A stretch of 63,578 nt of DNA, filler included, from Octopus bimaculoides (lineage: Eukaryota): assembly GCF_001194135.2 (NCBI RefSeq). It is 8 parts of 8 records of this genome, joined end to end, with 100 filler letters (N's around TTAATTAATTAA, not from the genome) between each part and the next. Parts side by side here need not be neighbours in the genome. Positions count along the whole stretch, not along the records: positions 24,262 to 52,741 come from NC_068996.1; 7 more parts are not named here. One strand, given 5' to 3'. Under the pieces are notes generated by a model. That model ran no database searches. It was not told the DNA's origin and saw only the letters and a list, made by a program, of their open reading frames with translations. Positions 38,501 to 49,523 of this stretch are shown in pieces. The position numbers were made by a program, and so were the translations under genes. The first letter of the stretch is position 1, and each line of letters starts with the position of its first letter.

Positions 38501-40125
38501 ATTGCTAGTTGCACGCGGAGTAAATCGCTTGGTTTGGATGGTCTACACTATGAGCTTTAAGCTTACATGCCAGACTTGTTCGGCGACCTTTTAACAAACG
38601 TTTACTGCAACTGGCAACAGAATGGGAAAATTCTCGGTTTTGTGAGCCGAAGAGCGATGGCGTTGCTAAGAAAAAACCCGAAGAAGGGGGATTGTACAGA
38701 CAACTTTAGGCCGAATGGAGAGGTCAACATTTTGGCCAAAGTTTTAGCTATGAGGTTGGCGCTTGCTGTCGGTGATCTGGTAGGGGAGTCACAGACATGC
38801 ACCATACCAAAAAGATCCATCCACAACAACGTCCACCACATGCAATGCATCTTTAAGAAAAGGACTATAGAACCTGGCACGGGTGGGGCTCTGATCCGTC
38901 TAGATCAGTCTAAAGCTTTCGATAAGGTCGATCATATATATTTGGTGGTGGTCTTGTATTCAAGGGTTGAAGTGCCGCAATGCACAGCACCATCTGCTCA
39001 GTGGTTAGAGTGAACGGTTACCTCTCAGAACCTTTCAACATCATGCGCGTGGTCCGGCAAAGTTACTCCCTCTTGTCTCTCTTGTATGTACTGACTCTCG
39101 AGCCACTACTACACAAACTGAAGGCATTGAGAGGCATCCTGCTAATTTCTTTAACAGAGCTGCAATCTTGGGTAAAAGAGAGACCAAGGGGATGCATTTG
39201 GAAAGTGGAATGTCTTCAAACGCTCGCAGCCCTCAGCCAGTCGGACACGGTGATAGGTGGAACGTCCACTTTAACTTTTTTTATAGAGGATTGGTTGAGG
39301 GAAAGTGCGGCGACGTTCTTAAGAAGACATTAGGCGTCGAAGATCAACTAGCCGCTCTTTTCAGCCCGGGACCAATGGATAACTTCCAAAAATCTCTGAC
39401 ATGGCAGTGCTACCGGGGGGCTTTGCCTGCTCGAGATAAACTATACAAGTACGAAAGTGCCGTCAGTCGAGCATGTCGAGGTGCGTGCAGGACGACCAGA
39501 CGTTCCTGCATGCACTCATCTAGTGCTCAAGCATTGCTGACCTTTGGGTTTATGTCGAACACCTGCTGTCGCGTGTTGGACGGACCCGCCTATCAATTGA
39601 ATCCAACGTGAAGATCGCCCGCCACTTTCCTTTAACCGGGAAGAGAAGGCTGTATTTACATGCTTGGTGGCCATGGCGAAAGAGGTTGCATGGTGGACGA
39701 GACTGAAGGGGCTGCAGACAAAAATTTTTCTCTTTGGTTAATCCCTGATCAAATTCTTCAGGTTTCACTTGAAAAGGAAAATAGGATAGGGGTGGGGAAG
39801 TGTTGTCTTCTAGCCAGTTTGCTGCAAGTGGCAAAAACGGTGTGAGTGAACAGGCTTGCCTTGAGCATGTGTCTGTAGTTGGAGAGAAGGGAACAAAAGG
39901 CACCTGCTCCAAAAGTGAGGGTACGCATGGTTTTTGTGGAGTTTTTCCCTAAGCTGCCCTCGAACGTATCCTCCTTATTGAGAGTTACCCATTGTTATTT
40001 TTTTTTTCAATTATGTTAATCTTTGTTTACACTCAAAACCCTCACAATACATGCTCACACACATACACACACACATATTCTTTGTTTGTGCTGTAATGTA
40101 AACCCTTTGTGGTTAATAAAGAAAT
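35560..40125 (+). mobile_element. Tx1/L1-like LINE, copy 2 (ORF1 remnant, APE, RT with ~0.6-kb internal deletion, 3' tail)
   Basis: ORF1-like KMIIEQAPPEI; GNVRG..ISETR; VGDWN; LDQSKAFDKVDH; lacks the segment equivalent to ~34220-34828; ends CCCTTTGTGGTTAATAAAGAAA plus (ATT)n. Confidence 0.85.
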
Positions 40126-40157
40126 CATAATCATCATTGTTATTATTATTATTATCA

Positions 40158-40211
<54 letters not shown>

Positions 40212-40829
40212 TTTGAAAAGGATTGACGTATCTCTTCACAGTCAAGACGAAGAGTGCGATTCGATTGCAATAGATATTTTATTGGTTGAACGATATTTCG
40301 ACAGTAAGTCTGTCTTTGTGAAGTTCAAAATAAGAAAATAAAAATTGAAAATTATAGAAATTTAAATCTAAAATATGAACGAGAGCAACCAGCGTCCACA
40401 CATTGATGGAATGACATCATCAGTTTTTAAGTTACAATTTTATAAGAAGCGAAAAGAAAAAGATAGAAAAAAGAAGATAGAAAAAGAAGAGGAAAGAAAA
40501 AAGAGAAAAAGAAGAATATTTAATCAAACAGTTTTGTGTAAATATGATGATATTTTCCTGTCATTTTATTCATCCCTTTATGGTGTGATGTTAATAACTC
40601 GCAAGCATATTTTTCCTCGTGCATTTTGAGGACTGAAAGTGTAGCAGATTCGGAATATTTTCTGAGAATATGCATTTTCAAGTCTTCAAAATTGCAGCAG
40701 CTTGAAACGTTTCCGGGCTTGTGCTAATGTTGTTTTTGTTTTTGTTGTTGTTGTTGCTGCTGCTGCTGTGGCTGTTGTTGTTGTTGTTGCTTTACTTCCC
40801 AGAGCGCTCGGTATTGTTTGCTCTGGTAG

Positions 40830-41227
40830 ATTATGTGAGAGCAGACAGCAGCCTGCTATCAGAGGCCGTACTTGGTTGTTAGTTATCGTGGAAGATATTC
40901 AACATCCAAGTACCAATCTTAAAATCCTATCTATCCACAGCAGAGCAGTTTTTGGGACTTGCTTTGCTCTCATGCCAATTCCAATTTCTTTGACATATTT
41001 CTTGAATTTGGTTGTTAGTGTTCCGAGTGCCCCTACAACTTCTGGGATGACAGACTCTCCTCATAGCCCACATTCTTCCAATTTCATCTTTTAGTAGTCT
41101 GTATTTTTCAATCTCAAGTTCTTTGTCACTTATGCCTGCATCCACAGGTATTGTAATATCTATAATCTTCGTTTCTTTTTTCTACCTCAATAATATCTGC
41201 TCTTCGAGCATCGATTAGGGAGTCATA

Positions 41228-41230
<3 letters not shown>
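40830..41230 (-). mobile_element. R4/Dong-type RLE 3' fragment
   Basis: ARRADIIEV..DAGISDKELEIEKYRLLKDEI..W; flanked by (ATT)n on one side and (GTT/GCT)n on the other. Confidence 0.75.
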
Positions 41231-41294
<64 letters not shown>

Positions 41295-41303
41295 ATTATT
41301 ATA

Positions 41304-41338
<35 letters not shown>

Positions 41339-41805
41339 ATGTTGGCTTTTACTTTGTGTTTGTACAAGTTGACTCCAATTTTCACCCAGAGACCTCAAGA
41401 AAAAACAAGTTAGAAGTTCATGTTGGTGTTATGCCATGTATTTGGTTTTGCACAGAGCATTGTTCTAGAGAATGTCTGTCAAAGCATAAGTAAATTAGAG
41501 GTTTGTTTTAAAAGTAATTTGATTATAAGATGATAGTGTGATGTTAAGATGATAGTGTGATGTTAAGATGATAGTAAAAACTGTTTGCTATTATGTACAT
41601 TTAAAAGTATTTTAATACTGCTTGCAGAATAAAATATTTGGGGTATTACATTGACAATATTTTATATAGGATACGAGCAGTTCCAATGAGCACTATCTTT
41701 TGAATTTCTTCTATTTTTAGATTTCCTGGTATCTGAACTAGGTAGCAATCAGTCCTTTTTGATATTCCTAGTTTATCAAAAAATATAAACCACAACTAAA
41801 TATCG

Positions 41806-43070
41806 CAGGAGTGGCTGTGTGGTAAGTAGCCTGCTTACCAACCACATGGTTCCGGGTTCAGTCCCACTTCGTGGCACCTTGGGTAAGTGTCTTCTACTAT
41901 AGTCGCGGGTCGACCAAAGCCTTGTGAGTGGATTTCGTAGACGGAAACTGAAAGAAGCCCGTCGTATATATATATATATTGATAGAAAAGACAACAAAAG
42001 TAAGATATATATATAAAGAAGTGATTTTAAATTCTCAAACGCAGGATAATGCTAATTATATAGCCTGAACAAGATAAGATGACTCTATTTTGCAGAAAAA
42101 AGTGTAGACGCCAGCTATGAGACTCGAACTCACACCTCCATAATTACGCGTCGCGGTGCTCTAGACCGATTGAGCTAAACTATCCCATCCCAAATTCTGC
42201 TGCAAATTTAAGATGTATATAAATCTCGCTCTATGAGACGCTATCATATGTTAAATTCAAATTACGATAAACGTAAACAAACAAACGAAGTTTGCTTTTA
42301 GAAGCGTTGAGATGTCTTAGAAGGTTAAAGAAGTGATTTTAAATCTTCAAACGCTAATAATATAGCATAAACAGGATAAGATACCCTTATTTTGCAGAAA
42401 AAAGTGTAGGCGGAACTCNNNNNNNNNNNNNNNNNNNNNNNNNNNNNNNNNNNNNNNNNNNNNNNNNNNNNNNNNNNNNNNNNNNNNNNNNNNNNNNNNN
42501 NNNNNNNNNNNNNNNNNNNNNNNNNNNNNNNNNNNNNNNNNNNNNNNNNNNNNNNNNNNNNNNNNNNNNNNNNNNNNNNNNNNNNNNNNNNNNNNNNNNN
42601 NNNNNNNNNNNNNNNNNNNNNNNNNNNNNNNNNNNNNNNNNNNNNNNNNNNNNNNNNNNNNNNNNNNNNNNNNNNNNNNNNNNNNNNNNNNNNNNNNNNN
42701 NNNNNNNNNNNNNNNNNNNNNNNNNNNNNNNNNNNNNNNNNNNNNNNNNNNNNNNNNNNNNNNNNNNNNNNNNNNNNNNNNNNNNNNNNNNNNNNNNNNN
42801 NNNNNNNNNNNNNNNNNNNNNNNNNNNNNNNNNNNNNNNNNNNNNNNNNNNNNNNNNNNNNNNNNNNNNNNNNNNNNNNNNNNNNNNNNNNNNNNNGCTT
42901 GACAATCGATCCTGGTTTGTTTACGTCCCCGTAATTTAGCGGTTCGGCAAAATAGTCCGATAGAATAAGTACTAGGCTTACAAAGAATAAGTCCTGGGTC
43001 GATTTGCTCGACTAAAGGTGGTGCTCCAGCATGGCCGCAGTCAAATGACTGAAACAAGTAAGAGAGTAAA
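41806..43070 (+). mobile_element. SINE family B split at its (TA)n spacer by a tRNA-like repeat and a gap (head 41806-41975, tail 42897-43070)
   Basis: Head GGAGTGGCTGTGTGGTAAG..GAAAGAAGCCCGTCG; tail GCTTGACAATCG..CCAGCATGGCCGCAGTCAAATGACTGAAACAAGT. Confidence 0.75.
42109..42184 (-). tRNA. tRNA-like gene or pseudogene (CGT anticodon, Thr-like) with non-canonical anticodon arm
   Basis: 76 nt: GATAGTT TA GCTC AATCGGTCTA GAGC A CCGCGA CGCGTAA TTATGG AGGT GTGAG TTCGAGT CTCAT AGCTGGC G. A and B boxes are intact, TTTTTT lies ~7 nt downstream, and there is a mismatch in the acceptor stem. Confidence 0.6.
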
Positions 43071-43516
43071 ATATCATACCAGAAAGAGAAAACCCAATTT
43101 ATTCACGAAACACGATCAGAGACAACAGATATATATCGAAAAGTTTGAGTTACATGCTTCATCGGGGATTCGATAGTCCAACTCCAAACTACTGTACAAA
43201 AACACCTTACACCTTCTTAAACACCAGTTGCAGACGTAACTGCAAACTAAACCAATGAGATTTTTTTTCTGGCCAAAACCGGATTCTCAGGAGAGCCGAC
43301 CGAACCAGCGACGTTTTAAGGGAACTAACCAACCGAGCGCTAGAAAATCATCACGCGAAAAGAGGTTACCAAGACCTCACTAGGAGGTTAGCCAGCTAGA
43401 ACGTTGAACTTTGCCAAAACAAAAAGATTTTGACCAAAACACCCACGAGAAAAACAAAAGACGTCATCAAATTTACAACCAATCAAAATTTGATCCTTTA
43501 CCGCAAAAACATATAC

Positions 43517-43905
<389 letters not shown>

Positions 43906-44829
43906 TATACTAAATGATTTTCACCTATAACATTTCGAACAAGCGAATAACGTAAAGAAATTCATGTACTACGAGTGAACTTGAGAAAAGAACTCATTCA
44001 CGCACTACGACAGAAATTGTAAAGCAAAGAAGTTTTTTCTTTCTCTCCATCTTTTTCTTTTTCGCCCTTTTTTCCCATAAAAACTCATGACTGAACTTTC
44101 AATCATGTATGTTTGTTATGATCTTCATCGAACATTTAAACTTATATATCTCTGTGGAACTTATTGAAATTTCTGTGAATATTTTGAACATTTGATAGTT
44201 TAAACATGTTTTTCCGAATTTTACCTTGTAACATTAGACTCACCTAAACCCTTTTTAATCAGGTGTATCTATTTAAGTGTATCAGATTTGGGCCTCGGGT
44301 TATTTGTGCGGTTTCAGAAAAGAATGTAGGTAAGTGAAAAGGTTAGCTGGTACAGATGTGTAATTAGGTGTAGACGTTGATATTATTTAAACACTAATTG
44401 CACATTTAAACTGTTTGTTTGGGAAACGTTCACTCCAGTATGTAAAATTGCAATTGTTTGTGTCAAATTCAAGTAATCGAACTTTCAAGGGGATATAAGT
44501 AGGTGGAAGGATTTGGCCAGCAAGATTACGTTTTGTTATTTAAGAGAATTTTACTATGTGAGGCATTATAAAGATGCGTGCATATATTTATATATAAAAA
44601 TAATTACATAAATAACAAGTAAATAATTGAATATATTCATTGATATATTTCGTTATAACTTTAGCATTGTCTAGATTATCTTGTTTAGAAACACTCCCGT
44701 TACGTTAATATTTTAAGCTACCTGAAAAACAAACATATTGAAACTTTCAAATACTTTAAAAAGTATCGGAACAATAGACTATAATGATAATTGGCAACGA
44801 AAAATGTTCTAGTTTTTTTTACTTTCCCC

Positions 44830-45310
44830 AAAAAAATTTAACGGAGCTATGGCAACAGAACTTGACGTCAATGCCAAGCCAGTGACAGCTGCAAGAAATT
44901 CACCTAGTCAAGGCGATAGAATTTGCTCTACTTGCAACGTCAACGTCAATATATGGAAGAACTCCAGTAGCAGCAGCAGCAACAATAACGATAACAAGAA
45001 CAGCAACAACAAAAAATAGAAAATTTTGAAAACACACGAGCTCCGCCAACGCACCGCCGCCGCCGCTGCAGAAGTAGATAAAAAGGGTATTTCTTTTGCA
45101 GGTGCTGCAACAATTTACAAAATTTCTACATGAACTAAAATGAGATACAAATGGTCAGACAAATTGCTAAGAAAAATGGGCGACGGAAAACTCTAAGCCC
45201 TTCACCTGACATAATAGGATTATTCTGTTTACAGTTACGCGCTCATTCATGTAATCCTACATTGTATCTTTCTGTAACCATCACGATCCTTTGTGGTTAA
45301 TAAAGAAACA
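44830..45310 (+). mobile_element. Short Tx1/L1-related derivative lacking ORF2
   Basis: Small ORF MATELDV..RICSTCN resembles MATSIKK..RFCHTCN at 36880; ends CCTTTGTGGTTAATAAAGAAA, the same tail as LINE copy 2. Confidence 0.45.
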
Positions 45311-45325
45311 ATTTTAATATTAATT

Positions 45326-45361
<36 letters not shown>

Positions 45362-45607
45362 ACAGTTATAGTTTTATTAGTTACTGTTGATTCTATTTTG
45401 TGATAGCTGGTTTTGTCTGATATGAAAAAATTATACTTGAATGTTGTCGCCGAAACAGAAAATTAGAAGTCATCAACTGCATTAGAATATCAATTTCTGA
45501 AAGCATTCCAGTGCACTAAAAATAGGTAGTATGGATATATATGGTCTACGTTGCTGATAAATAGTACCGTTACGAGTATATATATATTTTATCTTTTATC
45601 TATTATA

Positions 45608-45790
45608 TCTTACTTGTTTCAGTCTCTAGACTACATCCATACTGGGGTACCGCCTTGAACTTTTTTAGTTGAATGAAACGACCCCCAGTACTTTTTTTAA
45701 AGAAATGATACTAATTCTGTCACTCGCTTTTGCCGAACCTCGAAGTTACGATAACACAAACACACCAACACCGGTTGTCAGTTGCTTGGT
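45608..45790 (-). mobile_element. SINE family B tail
   Basis: TCTTACTTGTTTCAGTC..GCCGAACCTCGAAGTTACG..ACCAACACCGGTTGTCAG. Confidence 0.7.
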
Positions 45791-46850
45791 GGGGGTTGGA
45801 CAATCCTTTCTGACATGGCCCGACTCCAGGCACGAGTGACACTTAGGGGGGGTACCCTCCAGTATCACTGGATACCTGTGCCTGCCATTGTCAAAAAGTC
45901 TCTTTTACACCCTTACTTTTACCCCTCCCTTTACTTAGGTGCCTATAGCTCTTTTGAATTAATAACGGTCAAGCACACAGTAATTTCCCTTTGATTAACG
46001 GTCATTTTTCAAAGGAATTTTCAATGGTCCGATAACTGAAGAGATGTTGGCGTGGGTTCCCACCCCGGCATCCGAAATTCGGAGTTTTATCATGGCTACC
46101 GAATAAGTGTCACATATTTTTACAGATAAATTCCTCTATTTACATAATATAGAGGTCTCTTTCTTTCTTTTGTTGTCCTTTCTATCAATATTAATATATA
46201 TATGTGTATATATATATATATATNNNNNNNNNNNNNNNNNNNNNNNNNNNNNNNNNNNNNNNNNNNNNNNNNNNNNNNNNNNNNNNNNNNNNNNNNNNNN
46301 NNNNNNNNNNNNNNNNNNNNNNNNNNNNNNNNNNNNNNNNNNNNNNNNNNNNNNNNNNNNNNNNNNNNNNNNNNNNNNNNNNNNNNNNNNNNNNNNNNNN
46401 NNNNNNNNNNNNNNNNNNNNNNNNNNNNNNNNNNNNNNNNNNNNNNNNNNNNNNNNNNNNNNNNNNNNNNNNNNNNNNNNNNNNNNNNNNNNNNNNNNNN
46501 NNNNNNNNNNNNNNNNNNNNNNNNNNNNNNNNNNNNNNNNNNNNNNNNNNNNNNNNNNNNNNNNNNNNNNNNNNNNNNNNNNNNNNNNNNNNNNNNNNNN
46601 NNNNNNNNNNNNNNNNNNNNNNNNNNNNNNNNNNNNNNNNNNNNNNNNNNNNNNNNNNNNNNNNNNNNNNNNNNNNNNNNNNNNNNNNNNNNNNNNNNNN
46701 NNNNNNNNNNNNNNNNNNNNNNNNNNNNNNNNNNNNNNNNNNNNNNNNNNNNNNNNNNNNNNNNNNNNNNNNNNNNNNNNNNNNNNTATATATATATATA
46801 CATACATATATGTATGTATATATATAAGTATGTATGTGTGTATGTATACC

Positions 46851-46889
<39 letters not shown>

Positions 46890-47730
46890 GCACACGCATT
46901 TATGTGTGTGTGTGTGTGTGCGTGTGTGTGTGTGTGTATATAAGGTCCTGGTTGATTATAAAGATAGAGTAATTCCAATGAAGCACGCAACCCGATTTCT
47001 GGGCTATCACCACTGTCGAACACCAGGCTAGTACCGAAATTCTGTATAGAAAATTCTGGTTTCACGACGGTAAAACCGTAGGTTTGCGAAGAGTAAAAAT
47101 TAATCCAAATAATAAAGCAATGAAATACTTTGACATATCTTTAATGATCAATGACAACTGTATCTGATCATTAAATGTATGTTAAAGTATTTCTTCGTCT
47201 TACTCTTTGGATTATGTATATATATCTATACATAAATTTAATACATAATATATGGATTCAACTAATCCGATGGTACTCATAAAATTTCTCCTTAATGTTT
47301 CATTCTACAAATCACAGAATATATAGCCTTATATAATTGATTTATTTTGTAATTTCGCTTTTAATAGATTTATATGGATCCATATTTTGTTATATATTAG
47401 AATGTGTATACATATATACTTTTCTCGCTGGATTAAGTGTTCGTTTCTCGTTTTGTCTTGTGCAATTTTATTGTTGGATCTTCTATATACATGAAGAATT
47501 TTCCTCCATCTGGCTGTTTTTCTCTCTACAAAACGGAAAGTTGAATTATGGAACAGTCATTTTAACGAGTTTTTTTTCTATTTATCACCCGACGAGATAC
47601 GTCTGCACCAACGGATACTCCCGAACCAGTTTTTGTGTGTCCCACAAGAGGAGTCGATGCCAGATGTGTCGAAACAATTGTTGTGATTAATAATATATTC
47701 TCGTATATTTCATCTTCTGTCTTTCATTTG

Positions 47731-47793
<63 letters not shown>

Positions 47794-49240
47794 GAAATAA
47801 AGAAATACAATTGACAAACTAACAATTCATTATAATATACTATAAAAAATATAATATAAGGTAACAAATAAATTGTTTAAAAAACCATATAAAGCCAACA
47901 ATTTGTTTCGGTTTATATACGTTAGTTGATTTATAAAATATTCCTATTTACGTATACAATCATCTTCATGGCCTTGGTTAAAAAGAAGAAGAAAACAGAT
48001 GAAATTCCAAACTGATTCAAAATAACAATTTAGAAGCGTGAACGCTAAGAATTCAAATACATATTAAGTACAATAAAAGAACAACAAACTCAATTGGATA
48101 AAATAAAGTAAAGAAAATTTTACAACGGTCATTATATGTTTTTATATATTTCCAATAATATATAAAATCGAAAATAATTACTGCCATTTTAATAAAATAC
48201 ATTAATATATAAATAGATAAAAATAGTAGAGTTTTACTTAGTTTTACAGACGGAAATAAATTATGTTAAATACTTTTATTCCATAGATTTATATGCGTAT
48301 ATATGTTCGAAGGAACATGATGTTAGTATATCTACTAAATATTTATAGGTACTACAAAAATATTCAAATATGGATAATTACTCAAAAAGATATATAATTA
48401 TATACAATGATAATATATAATAACTACTCTCACTTATTTATTCTTAGTGATATAAACATTAATCTAAATAACTAACAAGTAAAAAATCCCAATATACTTA
48501 ATTTATCGCAGGAAAAATCTCCGTAAATAAAATAAACAAAAATAGAGCTACGATAATCATAGACTATATCATTTATTAGATAAAGAGAAAATGAACTATA
48601 TATAAAAAACATATAATTTTACTAATTTTTCCAGAAAGAACAAAATTAGCATAAGGCAATAGTTATATTATGCTATAAAATATTATATGTATATAATAAA
48701 GTACACCATATGATAAAATATATTAAACGAAATTGGTACCACAATGAATATATATATTTATGATTATTTAACAGGATATAATTATATATAATAACTGTTC
48801 TAATTTATTTATTCGTATTTATATAAACATTATTACTAGAACAAAATACTAAATTACTTAGTTTATCAGAGTAAAAATTATCTGTTATTCAAAGCTTATA
48901 TATTTATAAATTAATTTCCTACGGGAAAATAGCCGGAAATATCTACTTGCAATATAAAAGTTTTTCATCACAATATGGCACTTTACAAAACTATTCATTT
49001 AACATTATTATTATCATTAATTAATAAATTCAATTTATATATTTATAAATGTATAATCATTTAGTATAATGAAAATAGCGTACTTAAAATTCATTTAAAT
49101 TTAGCTATGAATATAAGTGATATATTTTACAGTCAGTGTACATATTTTCATTGGTACTTAATACAAAATATAAATTAATCCACTACATATATGTATGTGT
49201 GTGTGTGTGTGTGTCTTTCTAAGTGTTTGTATATTTCCAC

Positions 49241-49523
49241 AAAACAGGGAGTTGGAAATTTTTTGATATCTATTAACCATTATGCATGTTTCATTTGCTA
49301 ATAGGAATCCGAAAGCTGTACATGAATTAGCATGTAAAAAATTTCCTGAAAAATTCTTCAGACAGAATGTAATAATACCTTGATTTTGTGTCTGAAGAAT
49401 GTTTAATTAAAAAATTTCTTACATGTTTATCCAACATGTAACACTTTCGGATTCTTGTCAGCAAATGAAATATGTGTAATGGGGAAGAAATAATGCCCAA
49501 AAATATTTCAAACGCCCTGTTTT
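49241..49523. repeat. Long imperfect inverted repeat (fold-back, MITE-like)
   Basis: Left arm AAAACAGGG..TTTCATTTGCTAATAGGAATCCGAAAG..TTCTTCAGACA pairs with right arm TGTCTGAAGAA..CTTTCGGATTCTTGTCAGCAAATGAAA..CCCTGTTTT; loop ~24 nt. Confidence 0.85.

Noticed and set aside
41806-41880. tRNA-like heads of SINE families as tRNA genes
   Set aside because: They lack a complete cloverleaf and continue directly into SINE bodies.
47090-49150. Mitochondrial insertion (NUMT)
   Set aside because: AT-rich, but no cox/nad/cob/rRNA/tRNA motif was recognised; kept only as an unexplained island.
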